Below are positions 19,699 through 28,543 of a stretch of 64,000 nt of DNA, piece after piece. Position numbers and translations under genes: made by a program. Below the pieces are notes generated by a model that ran no database searches, was not told the origin of the DNA, and saw only the letters and a list, made by a program, of their open reading frames with translations. Source of the DNA: Bacteroidia bacterium (GTDB lineage: Bacteria > Bacteroidota > Bacteroidia > NS11-12g > UBA9320); assembly GCA_017640445.1 (NCBI GenBank), contig JAEPQQ010000008.1:2536-66535 (forward strand), read 5' to 3'. Positions within the stretch are counted from its first letter, which is position 1, and each line of letters opens with the position of its first letter.

Positions 19699-20526
19699 AT
19701 GAATAAACTAGTAGGAGTTCTTTTTGTTGGATTGCTCGTGGTCGGTTGTTCTGAAGACCCGGAGGTAGTGACTGACAACACACAGAACACAGACACATTT
19801 GTCGTTAAAGAAATTCAGGAAGTAAACACGTCGTTTGTGGTAAAACACACAGGCACAAAATGTGGCCCTTGCGGTACGTGGGGTTGGGATATGTTTGAAG
19901 ACATTATTGACGGATTAGGAGATGGAGCCAACTACATGGCGGCATTCTCGTATCCGGGTGATTACATCATCGATGTAGCTGAAGATTTATCTGAATACAA
20001 CGGTGTTAGTGGTTTTCCAACATTTGCAGTGAACAATAAAGCTCAGTTAAGCGATGCAAGAAGCAGTGGGTCGGTAAATACAGCGCAGGAAAAACAAATG
20101 TCGCTCGACGAAGCGAATAGCTTTAGCGGGGATGTTGTTAGAGCCAATGCAGGCGTTATTTACAGAGTAAAAGATAACAAGCTCGAAATTCGATATAAGG
20201 TGAAGGCATTTCAGGATTTGAGTGCAAACAATCTTCACGTGGCCCTTTACATAAACGAAAACAAGGTAATTGGCAGACAAAACGGATACCCCGATCCAGA
20301 CAACGCACCACACAAACACTTGCTTAGGGCTGCGGTAGATGATCTGACCTGGGGTAAGCCACTGGGAGCACTTTCAGTAGGTGAAGAGATCTCGGGTGAA
20401 GCAAGCGTCGAGCTTGGAGCCGATTGGAACCCGGATAACCTGGAGGTACTCTCGGTTATTTACAATAAATCAGGGGAGGATTACGAGTTCATTAACTCAT
20501 CTTTAGGAGCACTTTTAGAAGAGTAG
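19699..20526 (+). CDS. Omp28-related outer-membrane lipoprotein (thioredoxin-like CxxC)
   Basis: Lipobox VVGC; TGTKCGPCG; GFPTF; HKHLLR...WG; W...NLEV. Confidence 0.8.
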   Translation: MNKLVGVLFVGLLVVGCSEDPEVVTDNTQNTDTFVVKEIQEVNTSFVVKHTGTKCGPCGTWGWDMFEDIIDGLGDGANYMAAFSYPGDYIIDVAEDLSEYNGVSGFPTFAVNNKAQLSDARSSGSVNTAQEKQMSLDEANSFSGDVVRANAGVIYRVKDNKLEIRYKVKAFQDLSANNLHVALYINENKVIGRQNGYPDPDNAPHKHLLRAAVDDLTWGKPLGALSVGEEISGEASVELGADWNPDNLEVLSVIYNKSGEDYEFINSSLGALLEE

Positions 20527-20550
20527 TATCTATTATTTAGGATTGCAGAT

Positions 20551-20586
20551 AGGGGCCATTTGATTCATTCATCTGGTCCCTTTTTG
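20551..20586 (+). terminator. Putative intrinsic terminator
   Basis: AGGGGCCA...TGGTCCCT stem followed by a T run. Confidence 0.55.
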
Positions 20587-20601
20587 GTTCCAAAAGCTGT
20601 G

Positions 20602-20625
20602 GTCGACAAAAGCCGTACGTCGATT
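20602..20625 (+). promoter_or_regulatory. Putative direct-repeat operator (17-bp period)
   Basis: GTCGACA (20602) and GTCGATT (20619), about 90 bp upstream of the 20710 start. Confidence 0.35.
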
Positions 20626-20709
20626 AAATAAACATTTCGGCGATTTGTTATGCATTCGAGGCAACGCTTCACCAAACTGAATCATTTTACCCTTTAACAG
20701 AAAAACATT

Positions 20710-21939
20710 ATGAAGAGACTATACATATCTTTAATTACAATATTATTCGTCCAGGGAAGTTCCTTTGCCCAACATAAGTTTAGCCAGTGGGACGTTCCGT
20801 CAGGGGCAAATGTTTACGATATTACCATTGACAACGTAAACAACATATGGTTGGCCACTGATAATGGTGTTCACCGATTCTCAAAAGACCTCAAATGGAC
20901 GTCGTTCACCAAAGATGATGGATTGCCTGAAAACGATGTGAAGGCGGTCGCCATCCGAGATGGAAAGGTGTGGTTAGCCACGATTAACCAAGGTGTCGCT
21001 GTTTTTGAAGGTGATAAGTGGGTGCCAAAGACCATTGAACTACCCGAAGGAGTCGACTATATTTCTTACTTTTCAGATAAGGTCGGTGCAAGTAATACAT
21101 ACTACTACGGGACAAACAACGGACTGGTAATGGAGGCCAAGTCGCCTACGGAGAAACCAAAGAAAAAGAACTACAATTTTGCCTTTCAATTAGGAGAGAT
21201 TACTGGTGTTAGTTTGACCAAAAGTAACGTGCTGATTTCCAGATCTCTCAATGGCATCGGTATTGAGGATGTTGGTTTGGGAATAAGCATTGGTATAGGT
21301 GAGGGATCAGCGCTACCTGACCCTCGAGTTCTGTGTGGACAGGTACATAATGATTTTGCCTATGACGGCACAGCAGGTGGTTTGTATATCCCTGACTTTA
21401 GAAATGGGGCTCCTCCACAAGGTATTGACATCATTGGCACGCACAACTCCGATTTACCCAGCAACAGGATTCAGGCTATGCATGTTAGCGACCGCCAGGA
21501 ATGGTACGGGACGGACAAGGGACTTGCGCGCAAAAAAGGAGGTTCCTGGGAGGCAATAACTACCCAGAATTCGAACCTTGAGAACCACAACGTGCTGGAA
21601 CTATCGGTAGATGCAAGAAATCAGGTTTGGTTTGTAACTGGAGATGGAAAACTAAACCGCTTTGAGGATGTGAATTCATCAGTCCATGATGCTTCTCTCC
21701 AATCACTTAGCATCAAAACTTCCCAAGCAGACAATCACATTTACATTGGTAATCTATGGCACCAGAATATTGAGGCGAAATTGTACAACCTTCAGGGGCA
21801 GGAAATACTAACCCTGGAACAGACAAACGAAAAAGTAGGGTTCAATATGTCGGGCATTTCTACCGGTATTTACGTTATTCGCATGGAGGACTTGGAATCC
21901 GGGTTTGGCCAAACATCAAAGGTATTCTGGACCAAGTAG
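20710..21939 (+). CDS. Two-component-regulator-type beta-propeller (Reg_prop / PorZ-like) protein with T9SS CTD
   Basis: IWLATDNGV, GLPENDV, NSDLPSNRI and WYGTDKGL repeats. C-terminal LYNLQGQEI...GIYVIRM. Confidence 0.75.
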   Translation: MKRLYISLITILFVQGSSFAQHKFSQWDVPSGANVYDITIDNVNNIWLATDNGVHRFSKDLKWTSFTKDDGLPENDVKAVAIRDGKVWLATINQGVAVFEGDKWVPKTIELPEGVDYISYFSDKVGASNTYYYGTNNGLVMEAKSPTEKPKKKNYNFAFQLGEITGVSLTKSNVLISRSLNGIGIEDVGLGISIGIGEGSALPDPRVLCGQVHNDFAYDGTAGGLYIPDFRNGAPPQGIDIIGTHNSDLPSNRIQAMHVSDRQEWYGTDKGLARKKGGSWEAITTQNSNLENHNVLELSVDARNQVWFVTGDGKLNRFEDVNSSVHDASLQSLSIKTSQADNHIYIGNLWHQNIEAKLYNLQGQEILTLEQTNEKVGFNMSGISTGIYVIRMEDLESGFGQTSKVFWTK

Positions 21940-21963
21940 TAAGAGCTTTTAGGAAATAATTAT

Positions 21964-22749
21964 ATGATGTTTAAAAATCACTCACTACCAATAGTGCTAT
22001 TTCTGGTACTTGCTTCATTTACCGGACATAAGAAATCAAACTTACCCAAGGGTTTTAACGACTTAAAAGGCTTCGTTCAAGTACCGCTTGGGGACCTGCC
22101 GAACCACGATAAGGATGCCTTATATTTCTTCTTTGAGAATGAAGTGTCCAATTTCGACTATGCCGAGTTCTTGTATCATATACGTGCGAACGAACCGGAA
22201 AACCTGAACATGGTTAATCTAAATTCAGAATTGTGGTTATCGGTTGATGCAGATGGAACCTCTGAGTTTGCAAAAAACTACCACAAACTCAAAGAATACC
22301 CTGTTGTGAACTTAACAGCCGAGGCCGCGTCGGCTTATTGCGTTTGGTTACAAAACATCTGGAACCAACGCGGTACAAGCTACGATGTAACTATAAGGCT
22401 ACCGACAAAGGAGGAATGGGAGCACATTGCAACCCAGGAAGATGGTTCGGAGTATGCTACTGGAAATGGTTTATTGAAAGATGATAAAAATACGGCAATG
22501 GCACGATACAAAGCATTGGGTTTACCCTTTGGACCAGCGCCCCGTGGTTCTTTCGAGCCATCACTTTATGGTTTGAATGACCTCTGCGGGAACGTTTCGG
22601 AAATGGTAATTCATATGGATAAGGTGTATACCAAGGGGGGAAGTTGGGATTCAAAGGCAATCGACTTGACAGTGGCAAACACAAGAGATTTTGAAGTTGG
22701 ACCTACTGCCGGGTTTAGGCCGGTAATTATTCTAAAAGAACGTATGTAA
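21964..22749 (+). CDS. Formylglycine-generating enzyme / SUMF1 family (GldJ/K-like) domain protein
   Basis: EVSN..Y.EF, YPVVN.T...A.AYC.W, RLPTKEEWE, YGLNDLCGNVSEM, KGGSW and GFRP. Confidence 0.85.
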   Translation: MMFKNHSLPIVLFLVLASFTGHKKSNLPKGFNDLKGFVQVPLGDLPNHDKDALYFFFENEVSNFDYAEFLYHIRANEPENLNMVNLNSELWLSVDADGTSEFAKNYHKLKEYPVVNLTAEAASAYCVWLQNIWNQRGTSYDVTIRLPTKEEWEHIATQEDGSEYATGNGLLKDDKNTAMARYKALGLPFGPAPRGSFEPSLYGLNDLCGNVSEMVIHMDKVYTKGGSWDSKAIDLTVANTRDFEVGPTAGFRPVIILKERM

Positions 22750-23059
22750 GAACAGCTACCCAACTGCTTTGAAGAACAGGGTATAATTGGGTCAAGGAGA
22801 TATTCTGAATAAGGGCGTCAACAGGAAACTGTTGGCGCCTTTGTTGTATAAGGTTGTTGTTCTTTTGTTCTCATTTACAGTGTGTTATAAAAGTGTAATT
22901 CTCTCCGTTTTGCGTAAAAATCAGCGCTTCATGTTTCCGTTTGTCACAGATTTTGACAATCGGCATATCCCGTCTAACCTACCTCCGATTGAAGCGCTTT
23001 CTTCGTTAAAAAGTATAAGGCTTCGGCCTATTCGTGAAACTAATAATTTAAAGAAAAAA

Positions 23060-23872
23060 ATGAGACTAAAAGAAAGAGTATTGACAAGTAAGGTAACGTT
23101 TGTGGCTGCCATGGCGTTGGCCATGCTGGCTTCGTGTGATGGAGATGAGACACCCGTTGGACAGGGTAATAATGGCAACGGCAATGGAACCGAAGAGTTT
23201 AATCGAGTGCCAGCAATTGGTGACAACTATCAGGTACACAAGTTCGACTGGAAGGGAATGGAACCAGGAGAAGGTGGGGAGAATCAAACGTGGGATTTCA
23301 GTGTTTTGCCATCGAAGAGCGAAACCATGAACCTCGAAGTGAGATCAATGGACAACAGCGACTACAAAAACGAGTTTGCTCAGGCTGATTTTTATACCGT
23401 TAATAATTTTTACGGTTCAAGAGGTCTAAGCGATCCAGGGAAGAACTTTCACTACTTTAAAGTTGAAGACAACAAGTTGATCAAGTTGGGAAGAGTAGAC
23501 TCCATGATGGCAACAAACGTACTTTTAAACACATTTGGTGATCCTGAAACTCAGTTGCAATACCCATTAACGTATAACAGTTCGTCTACTGACGAGTTCC
23601 ATGGTTCATTCACGTCAGTTGGTATCCCATTTACCTGGGATGGTACTGATTCATACACCGTTGATGGTACCGGAACATTGAACATTTTGGGTAAGAAGAT
23701 CGAAAATGTAGTACGGGTTAAACGAGAACGTGAGTACCTGAGCGATCCTATTGGCCAATGGACGTTTACAACCTACGAGTGGTATAAGCAAGGAATTGCA
23801 TTCCCAATTTTGGTGCTGCATCAATCTCAAGAAGTTTTTGAGGGCTACTATATGGATGCTTCGGAGCTTTAA
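23060..23872 (+). CDS. Hypothetical lipoprotein
   Basis: ATG at 23060 after an A-rich leader. Lipobox MLASC. Domain with GEGGENQTWDFS and YTVDGTGTL motifs. Confidence 0.7.
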   Translation: MRLKERVLTSKVTFVAAMALAMLASCDGDETPVGQGNNGNGNGTEEFNRVPAIGDNYQVHKFDWKGMEPGEGGENQTWDFSVLPSKSETMNLEVRSMDNSDYKNEFAQADFYTVNNFYGSRGLSDPGKNFHYFKVEDNKLIKLGRVDSMMATNVLLNTFGDPETQLQYPLTYNSSSTDEFHGSFTSVGIPFTWDGTDSYTVDGTGTLNILGKKIENVVRVKREREYLSDPIGQWTFTTYEWYKQGIAFPILVLHQSQEVFEGYYMDASEL

Positions 23873-23928
23873 TAAGGCCCATTCTGAATAGCATCTTTAC
23901 ATACAATTTGAGATGTATTTGAAGGCAG

Positions 23929-23963
23929 CAAGATGCATTTGCTCAATGGGCAAATGCATTTTG
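23929..23963. repeat. Inverted repeat / hairpin
   Basis: CAAGATGCATTTGCTCA-A-TGGGCAAATGCATTTTG. Confidence 0.6.
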
Positions 23964-23976
23964 TAACATTTTAAAT

Positions 23977-24006
23977 GTCGGCATAGGGGACTATGCCGAC
24001 TTATTT
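23977..24006 (+). terminator. Putative intrinsic terminator
   Basis: GTCGGCATAG-GGGA-CTATGCCGAC followed by TTATTT. Confidence 0.65.
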
Positions 24007-24167
24007 GCGTAAAAAAGAAAAATCACAACTGTCCTTGTATGGATATTCAGGATTCAAGATGGTTTGCCTTGGTTGACAAATTACAATTTTGTGATAAACG
24101 TCGTGCAATGGTTTTCTTGTTTCCTGCCTCTATCTGAAAACTTGGTCGGTTCTCACATTATCCAACA

Positions 24168-25337
24168 ATGCTAAAAAGTAGGTTGAAATCTTTACCGATC
24201 TCGCTAAAGTATATTGCTGTTGTCTTAGGTCTGATCTGTTTGTTACTGGTACTGAAATCGTACGTAACATCCTTATTTCAGACAACCAAGTACTTCGTGT
24301 TTAGTATCAATGCGGCGAGTCCACTATCCAATTATATTACTTGGATGATCCTCTTGCGTTTGGTTTATTCAAACTTGCACAGGAATCCAGTTTTTCCCAG
24401 GCCACAATGGAAGTCCCTGGTGAAACATTTGGCTATTGCGGCACTGATTATTGCGGTGCATGTGCTACTGTCTAACCTGTTCTTCTACTCTTATTTCGCC
24501 ACCACAGGGATGTGTCCCTTGAGCAAAATACCAACTACACCCAATGCCTGGAACGTCATTATGGTTCCATTCCTCAAAATGGTAGCAGGCGAGCTGCCCA
24601 CAGAAATGATCGCCCGGTTTATTGAGTACGCCTTAATCGCAGGGGCGCTGATCTCCATAGATATTAATCAGGAGAATCATAGAAAGAGCCTCGAACTGGC
24701 AAACGTTCAAAAAGAACTAAATCTGACTTATTTGAGAGCCTTGAGAATGCAATTGCGGCCCCATTTCTTGTTCAATACGCTCAATTCAGTGTCTTCTCTG
24801 ATGCACGATAACGTAGAGGAGGCTCAGAACGTATTGGCTCGCCTTGGTGGACTCTTACGGAAAACCCTTCAAAATACAGATGAGCTCAAATTAGTGCTGA
24901 GAGATGAGCTTAACTACATACGCGACTATCTGGAAATTGAACAAATCAGGTTTAACGACCGACTCATGATCGAGTACGATATTGATAAAGCAGCACTTTC
25001 TGGTCTGGTTCCCAGCTTAATTATGCAACCCATTGTTGAAAATGCGGTAAAACACGGATTCAAAGGAGCTTTGGAAGATTGCACCATCCGAATTGAAGCA
25101 AAACGGGAGGGCTCAAACATTCGGCTCTCAGTAATTGACAATGGACGAGGAACCAACAATGTATCAAAAGTACTCAAGAGCCCGGGCGTAGGAATTCAAA
25201 ATACCTTGAATCGCCTCGAAACACTGTATCCTGAAAGACATAGTGTTGCGGTGCACTCAAATGCCAACGAGGGGCTCGCTTTCCACATAACCATACCATT
25301 CGAAACACTTAACTCCGATATTACATATGCCCATTAG
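24168..25337 (+). CDS. LytS/YehU-family membrane sensor histidine kinase
   Basis: N-terminal TM helices. LRMQLRPHFLFNTLN, YLEIEQIRFNDRL, QPIVENAVKHG, DNGRG and GVGIQNTLNRL. Confidence 0.92.
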   Translation: MLKSRLKSLPISLKYIAVVLGLICLLLVLKSYVTSLFQTTKYFVFSINAASPLSNYITWMILLRLVYSNLHRNPVFPRPQWKSLVKHLAIAALIIAVHVLLSNLFFYSYFATTGMCPLSKIPTTPNAWNVIMVPFLKMVAGELPTEMIARFIEYALIAGALISIDINQENHRKSLELANVQKELNLTYLRALRMQLRPHFLFNTLNSVSSLMHDNVEEAQNVLARLGGLLRKTLQNTDELKLVLRDELNYIRDYLEIEQIRFNDRLMIEYDIDKAALSGLVPSLIMQPIVENAVKHGFKGALEDCTIRIEAKREGSNIRLSVIDNGRGTNNVSKVLKSPGVGIQNTLNRLETLYPERHSVAVHSNANEGLAFHITIPFETLNSDITYAH

Positions 25338-26094
25338 AACCGTAATCATAGATGACGAACCACTGGCAAGATCACGAATTGTTCACCTGGCCAACGAGTT
25401 AACCGATATGACCATTGTTGGGGAGTGCTGGAATGCTCGTCAGGCTTTGGAAGTGATTAACCGTAGGCACCCGGATCTCATCTTTTTAGATATTGAGATG
25501 CCTGATCGAGATGGTTTCAATGTACTGTCTGACATGAAAACCGAGAATCGACCTATGGTAATTGTTGTGTCGGCCTACGATCAATATGCGTTAAAGGCTT
25601 TCCAGTACGAAGTAGTAGACTATCTGCACAAACCCTTCGAGGAAAAGCGATTTTATCAGGCAATTGAACGGGTTCGAAATCGCCTCGATTTACGACGAGC
25701 TTCCCAGTTTCAAAGCCAGATAAAGGAACTCATTAACGAACAACATCAACCCGATGAGTTCTATGCATCCTCCCTTTCGATCAAAGAAGATGGGCGTCTA
25801 AAGTATTTCTCCGTTTACGATATTTATTACATCGAGGCATTTGGTAACTACGTTAAACTACACCTTGAAAACGGTGTAAAAATGTATCGATCTACCATGT
25901 ATCAGGTTCAAAACCGATTGGACCCAGATATGTTTACCCGCGTACATCGTTCCTATATACTGAATACACGAAAAATCAAAAACATCCAGTATCTGAACAA
26001 CAATGAATACAAGTTTACCATGCAAAATGGAGAAGTGGTAATCTCATCGCGCTCGTACAAAAACAAAATTATGGACGTGCTTTCCATGTACTAA
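25327..26094 (+). CDS. LytTR-family response regulator
   Basis: IIDDEPLAR, LIFLDIEMP, DYLHKP; LytTR domain IEAFGNYVKLH...FTRVHRSYILN. Confidence 0.93.
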   Translation: MPIRTVIIDDEPLARSRIVHLANELTDMTIVGECWNARQALEVINRRHPDLIFLDIEMPDRDGFNVLSDMKTENRPMVIVVSAYDQYALKAFQYEVVDYLHKPFEEKRFYQAIERVRNRLDLRRASQFQSQIKELINEQHQPDEFYASSLSIKEDGRLKYFSVYDIYYIEAFGNYVKLHLENGVKMYRSTMYQVQNRLDPDMFTRVHRSYILNTRKIKNIQYLNNNEYKFTMQNGEVVISSRSYKNKIMDVLSMY

Positions 26095-26130
26095 AACATG
26101 GTTGTGTAATCTTGCCAAAATAGACCGTAT

Positions 26131-26158
26131 TTAGTCACAGAAATTGCGGTTAATCACC
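26131..26158 (+). promoter_or_regulatory. Putative LytTR direct-repeat operator
   Basis: TTAGTCAC (26131) and TTAATCAC (26150), 19-bp period, between the LytTR gene and the next T9SS gene. Confidence 0.45.
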
Positions 26159-26297
26159 AGGTTTGACAACCTACCAAAGGCTTTCCTGCATCTTGCTATC
26201 AAATGTTGAATACATGGGTGTTTACCAGTCAATTAATCTCAAATAATCCATTCTGTATTCACATTGACAATTAGTTATAACATAAAGCAAGAGAAAA

Positions 26298-27056
26298 ATG
26301 AAAGTCGTAAAATTTACTGTATTAATTTTAACAATCGCCTTGTTCGCGCCACAAGCCGTATTAGGGCAACGGAAGGTAGACCTCATGGTAGATGACATTG
26401 TAACACCAGAACGGGTTGACTACGGAAAATCAATCGCAACCAGTTTTGTTATTAAGAACAATGGCCCGGACATGATTAAAGAGGGTGATACCCTGATTTT
26501 TATGCTACGTTTGGCCGGTACCCCTACGGGAGAAGCAAACCGATTAGTGGGCAAGGACATGGAGGTTGGAGATACAATGTTAGTGAGTGCAAGCATCAAC
26601 CCGGTTCAGTGGGCAGGAGCTTCGTTTGAAGGCGCTTTTTGCGCAAGGGCAGCTGTGCTTAACCGATCAGAGACAGACAGTATCGTATGGGAGGTGAATC
26701 AGCCAACCTTTACCGACAACGAACGATGTGAGGATATCGACTTCATCGATTCGCACGGTTGGGGTGTTAGTATCGAAGACGGTGAAATTACATGGTACAC
26801 ACAGGAGTTGGAGGTATACCCAAACCCGGCCAACCTGCAGTTCACCGTGTCTTACTTTAATCCCGATTTTGGTAAAACATCCATCCAGGTATTAGACATA
26901 TCCGGTCGGGTTGTATACGAAATTGTTGAAGATGCTACTCCAACAGGCGATCAGGAAAACATCATATCAACATCTGGCCTTACTCCAGGTGTTTATACAG
27001 TTCGTTTATCCACGGTTAATCATACAACCACTCAAAAAATTCTGGTTACCAGATAG
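26298..27056 (+). CDS. T9SS type A sorting-domain protein (Ig-like N-terminal domain)
   Basis: Signal peptide; IKNNGPD..GDTL; C-terminal VYPNPA...LDISGRVV...GVYTVRL...QKILVTR. Confidence 0.8.
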   Translation: MKVVKFTVLILTIALFAPQAVLGQRKVDLMVDDIVTPERVDYGKSIATSFVIKNNGPDMIKEGDTLIFMLRLAGTPTGEANRLVGKDMEVGDTMLVSASINPVQWAGASFEGAFCARAAVLNRSETDSIVWEVNQPTFTDNERCEDIDFIDSHGWGVSIEDGEITWYTQELEVYPNPANLQFTVSYFNPDFGKTSIQVLDISGRVVYEIVEDATPTGDQENIISTSGLTPGVYTVRLSTVNHTTTQKILVTR

Positions 27057-27135
27057 TTCCAGTTAAAAATCACTACGTCAAAAAGGGACCGACGTGAACC
27101 CTTCTTATTAGTATAGTTGACGTAGCCTTGTTACC

Positions 27136-27180
27136 GCAGCCCCGATTCGCAACGCATGATTCCAGGGGCTGCTTTTTTTT
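27136..27180 (+). terminator. Intrinsic terminator
   Basis: GCAGCCCC...GGGGCTGC stem followed by T8. Confidence 0.7.
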
Positions 27181-27283
27181 GGTTTTTTTCTAAGCTCGTC
27201 TGTACTCAGGGTTCGACATTTTGTGAGAATCGTTTTAATCAAAAACTCCCGTAAATGTCAATTACCCCACGGTCGTGAACCAT

Positions 27284-27310
27284 ACATCACAAAAATTGCA
27301 ACTCAGTCAT
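27284..27310 (+). promoter_or_regulatory. Putative LytTR direct-repeat operator upstream of the orphan LytTR gene
   Basis: ACATCAC (27284) and CAGTCAT (27304), 20-bp period. Confidence 0.3.
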
Positions 27311-27371
27311 TAATGCGCTGTTTGTCAGTCTTTTAGCTTCTATCTTTCATGTAAGAAATAAAACGAGTGAT

Positions 27372-28178
27372 ATGTTGGCTTCTATAAAAAAATACAACGA
27401 GACGTTAGGGTCGGAAATTGGTCAGGTGAACACCTATAAGGAAGAGACCATGGGGCTTCATTGGGTGTTTCTGGAAGACTTACGCAGAGGCTTCAAGATT
27501 ACGTTTGTTACCAACCATCCGCATGCCCTCTATCAGGTGAACAAGGTAAGTGCGAACTATGAGTGTAAGGTAGTAAAGTACATATCGGACGATGTTGACC
27601 TGGCAATGCAGTACTGCAGAAATAGAGGTGTGGGCTTTATGTTGTTTGATATGGATCATTTGTCCAGCCGCGCGGTACAATTTATAAACTCATTGGAGCG
27701 CTTACCGGGCATTCTTTTTACCGGGCATCGGGAAGATCTCAATCCGGACAAGTCGCAGGTTGATCGATATAGACAAATAGCAAATGCCTTAGGAAAACTA
27801 CTCCCGTACCGAGGGCCAAAGGTGAAACCAAAAGAAGAGACCGAGGCAGAAAAAGACCCAATACTTTATGTACGCGCCGGAAGAAAAATGGTACGGATAG
27901 AAGTGGATAAGCTAACGTATGTCGAGGGGATGAAAGATTATGTGAAGCTCCATTTTGTTGACCGTAAGATGGTAGTAGTGAAGCGAACTATGAAGAGCAT
28001 GGAGGATCAACTAAAACAGTATGATGTTATACGAGTTCACAGGTCTTTTCTGGTCGCCCAAAAAAGCATAAAGCAGATAATAGACAATGAAATCCAGTTA
28101 AACGATTGCAGTATTCCAATAGGAAGAAACTACAGGCAGTTTGTAAAACACATCTTAGATGAGAGTGTGAACGGGTGA
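27372..28178 (+). CDS. Orphan LytTR DNA-binding protein with degenerate receiver domain
   Basis: Clear LytTR domain (YVEGMKDYVKLH...IRVHRSFLV...IPIGRNY). The N-terminal receiver-like region lacks the DD pair and the KP motif. Confidence 0.8.
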   Translation: MLASIKKYNETLGSEIGQVNTYKEETMGLHWVFLEDLRRGFKITFVTNHPHALYQVNKVSANYECKVVKYISDDVDLAMQYCRNRGVGFMLFDMDHLSSRAVQFINSLERLPGILFTGHREDLNPDKSQVDRYRQIANALGKLLPYRGPKVKPKEETEAEKDPILYVRAGRKMVRIEVDKLTYVEGMKDYVKLHFVDRKMVVVKRTMKSMEDQLKQYDVIRVHRSFLVAQKSIKQIIDNEIQLNDCSIPIGRNYRQFVKHILDESVNG

Positions 28179-28285
28179 ATGTAACCCAAACGCGACAAGC
28201 ACATTTTGTCGAATCTGTTGGTACCGAAATGGTGCAAACAATACGAAAGACCGACTACTCCAAAGCCAATTAAGTAGCAGTTGAC

Positions 28286-28322
28286 GGCAATGATTCTTAC
28301 GCCGAGTCATTGCCTTTTTTTT
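28286..28322 (+). terminator. Intrinsic terminator
   Basis: GGCAATGATTC-TTACGCC-GAGTCATTGCC followed by T8. Confidence 0.8.
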
Positions 28323-28366
28323 GGCATATCCAGTGTCATAAAAAGTTCTAAAACCCAGTAAAACGG

Positions 28367-28407
28367 GGCGACAAACGGTTCGTGTCTACAACCAAACATT
28401 GTCGATC
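28367..28407 (+). promoter_or_regulatory. Putative triple direct-repeat operator (17-bp period)
   Basis: GGCGACA (28367), GTCTACA (28384) and GTCGATC (28401), upstream of the 28544 gene. Confidence 0.35.
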
Positions 28408-28543
28408 GAATTCGGAAAATTCACAGTAAACCAAAAGCTTTTCGTGGTCATCTAAGCCTTGAAAAAAGACAGCATTTATCCCCGTTGTCTGAAAACAAAG
28501 GGGTGAATTATAAAGACATTAAAGAATCTAGAAAGAACACATT

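Noticed and set aside
21964-22749. Calling this gene gldJ or gldK
   Set aside because: It is too short, has no lipobox Cys and is not in a gld cluster. Only the shared FGE/SUMF1 domain is supported.
22787-23059. N-terminal extension of ORF 22787..23872 (likewise ORFs 13155, 37899, 47451 and 55973)
   Set aside because: Downstream ATGs give proper signal peptides or coupled overlaps. The extensions cover regulatory DNA or neighbouring genes.
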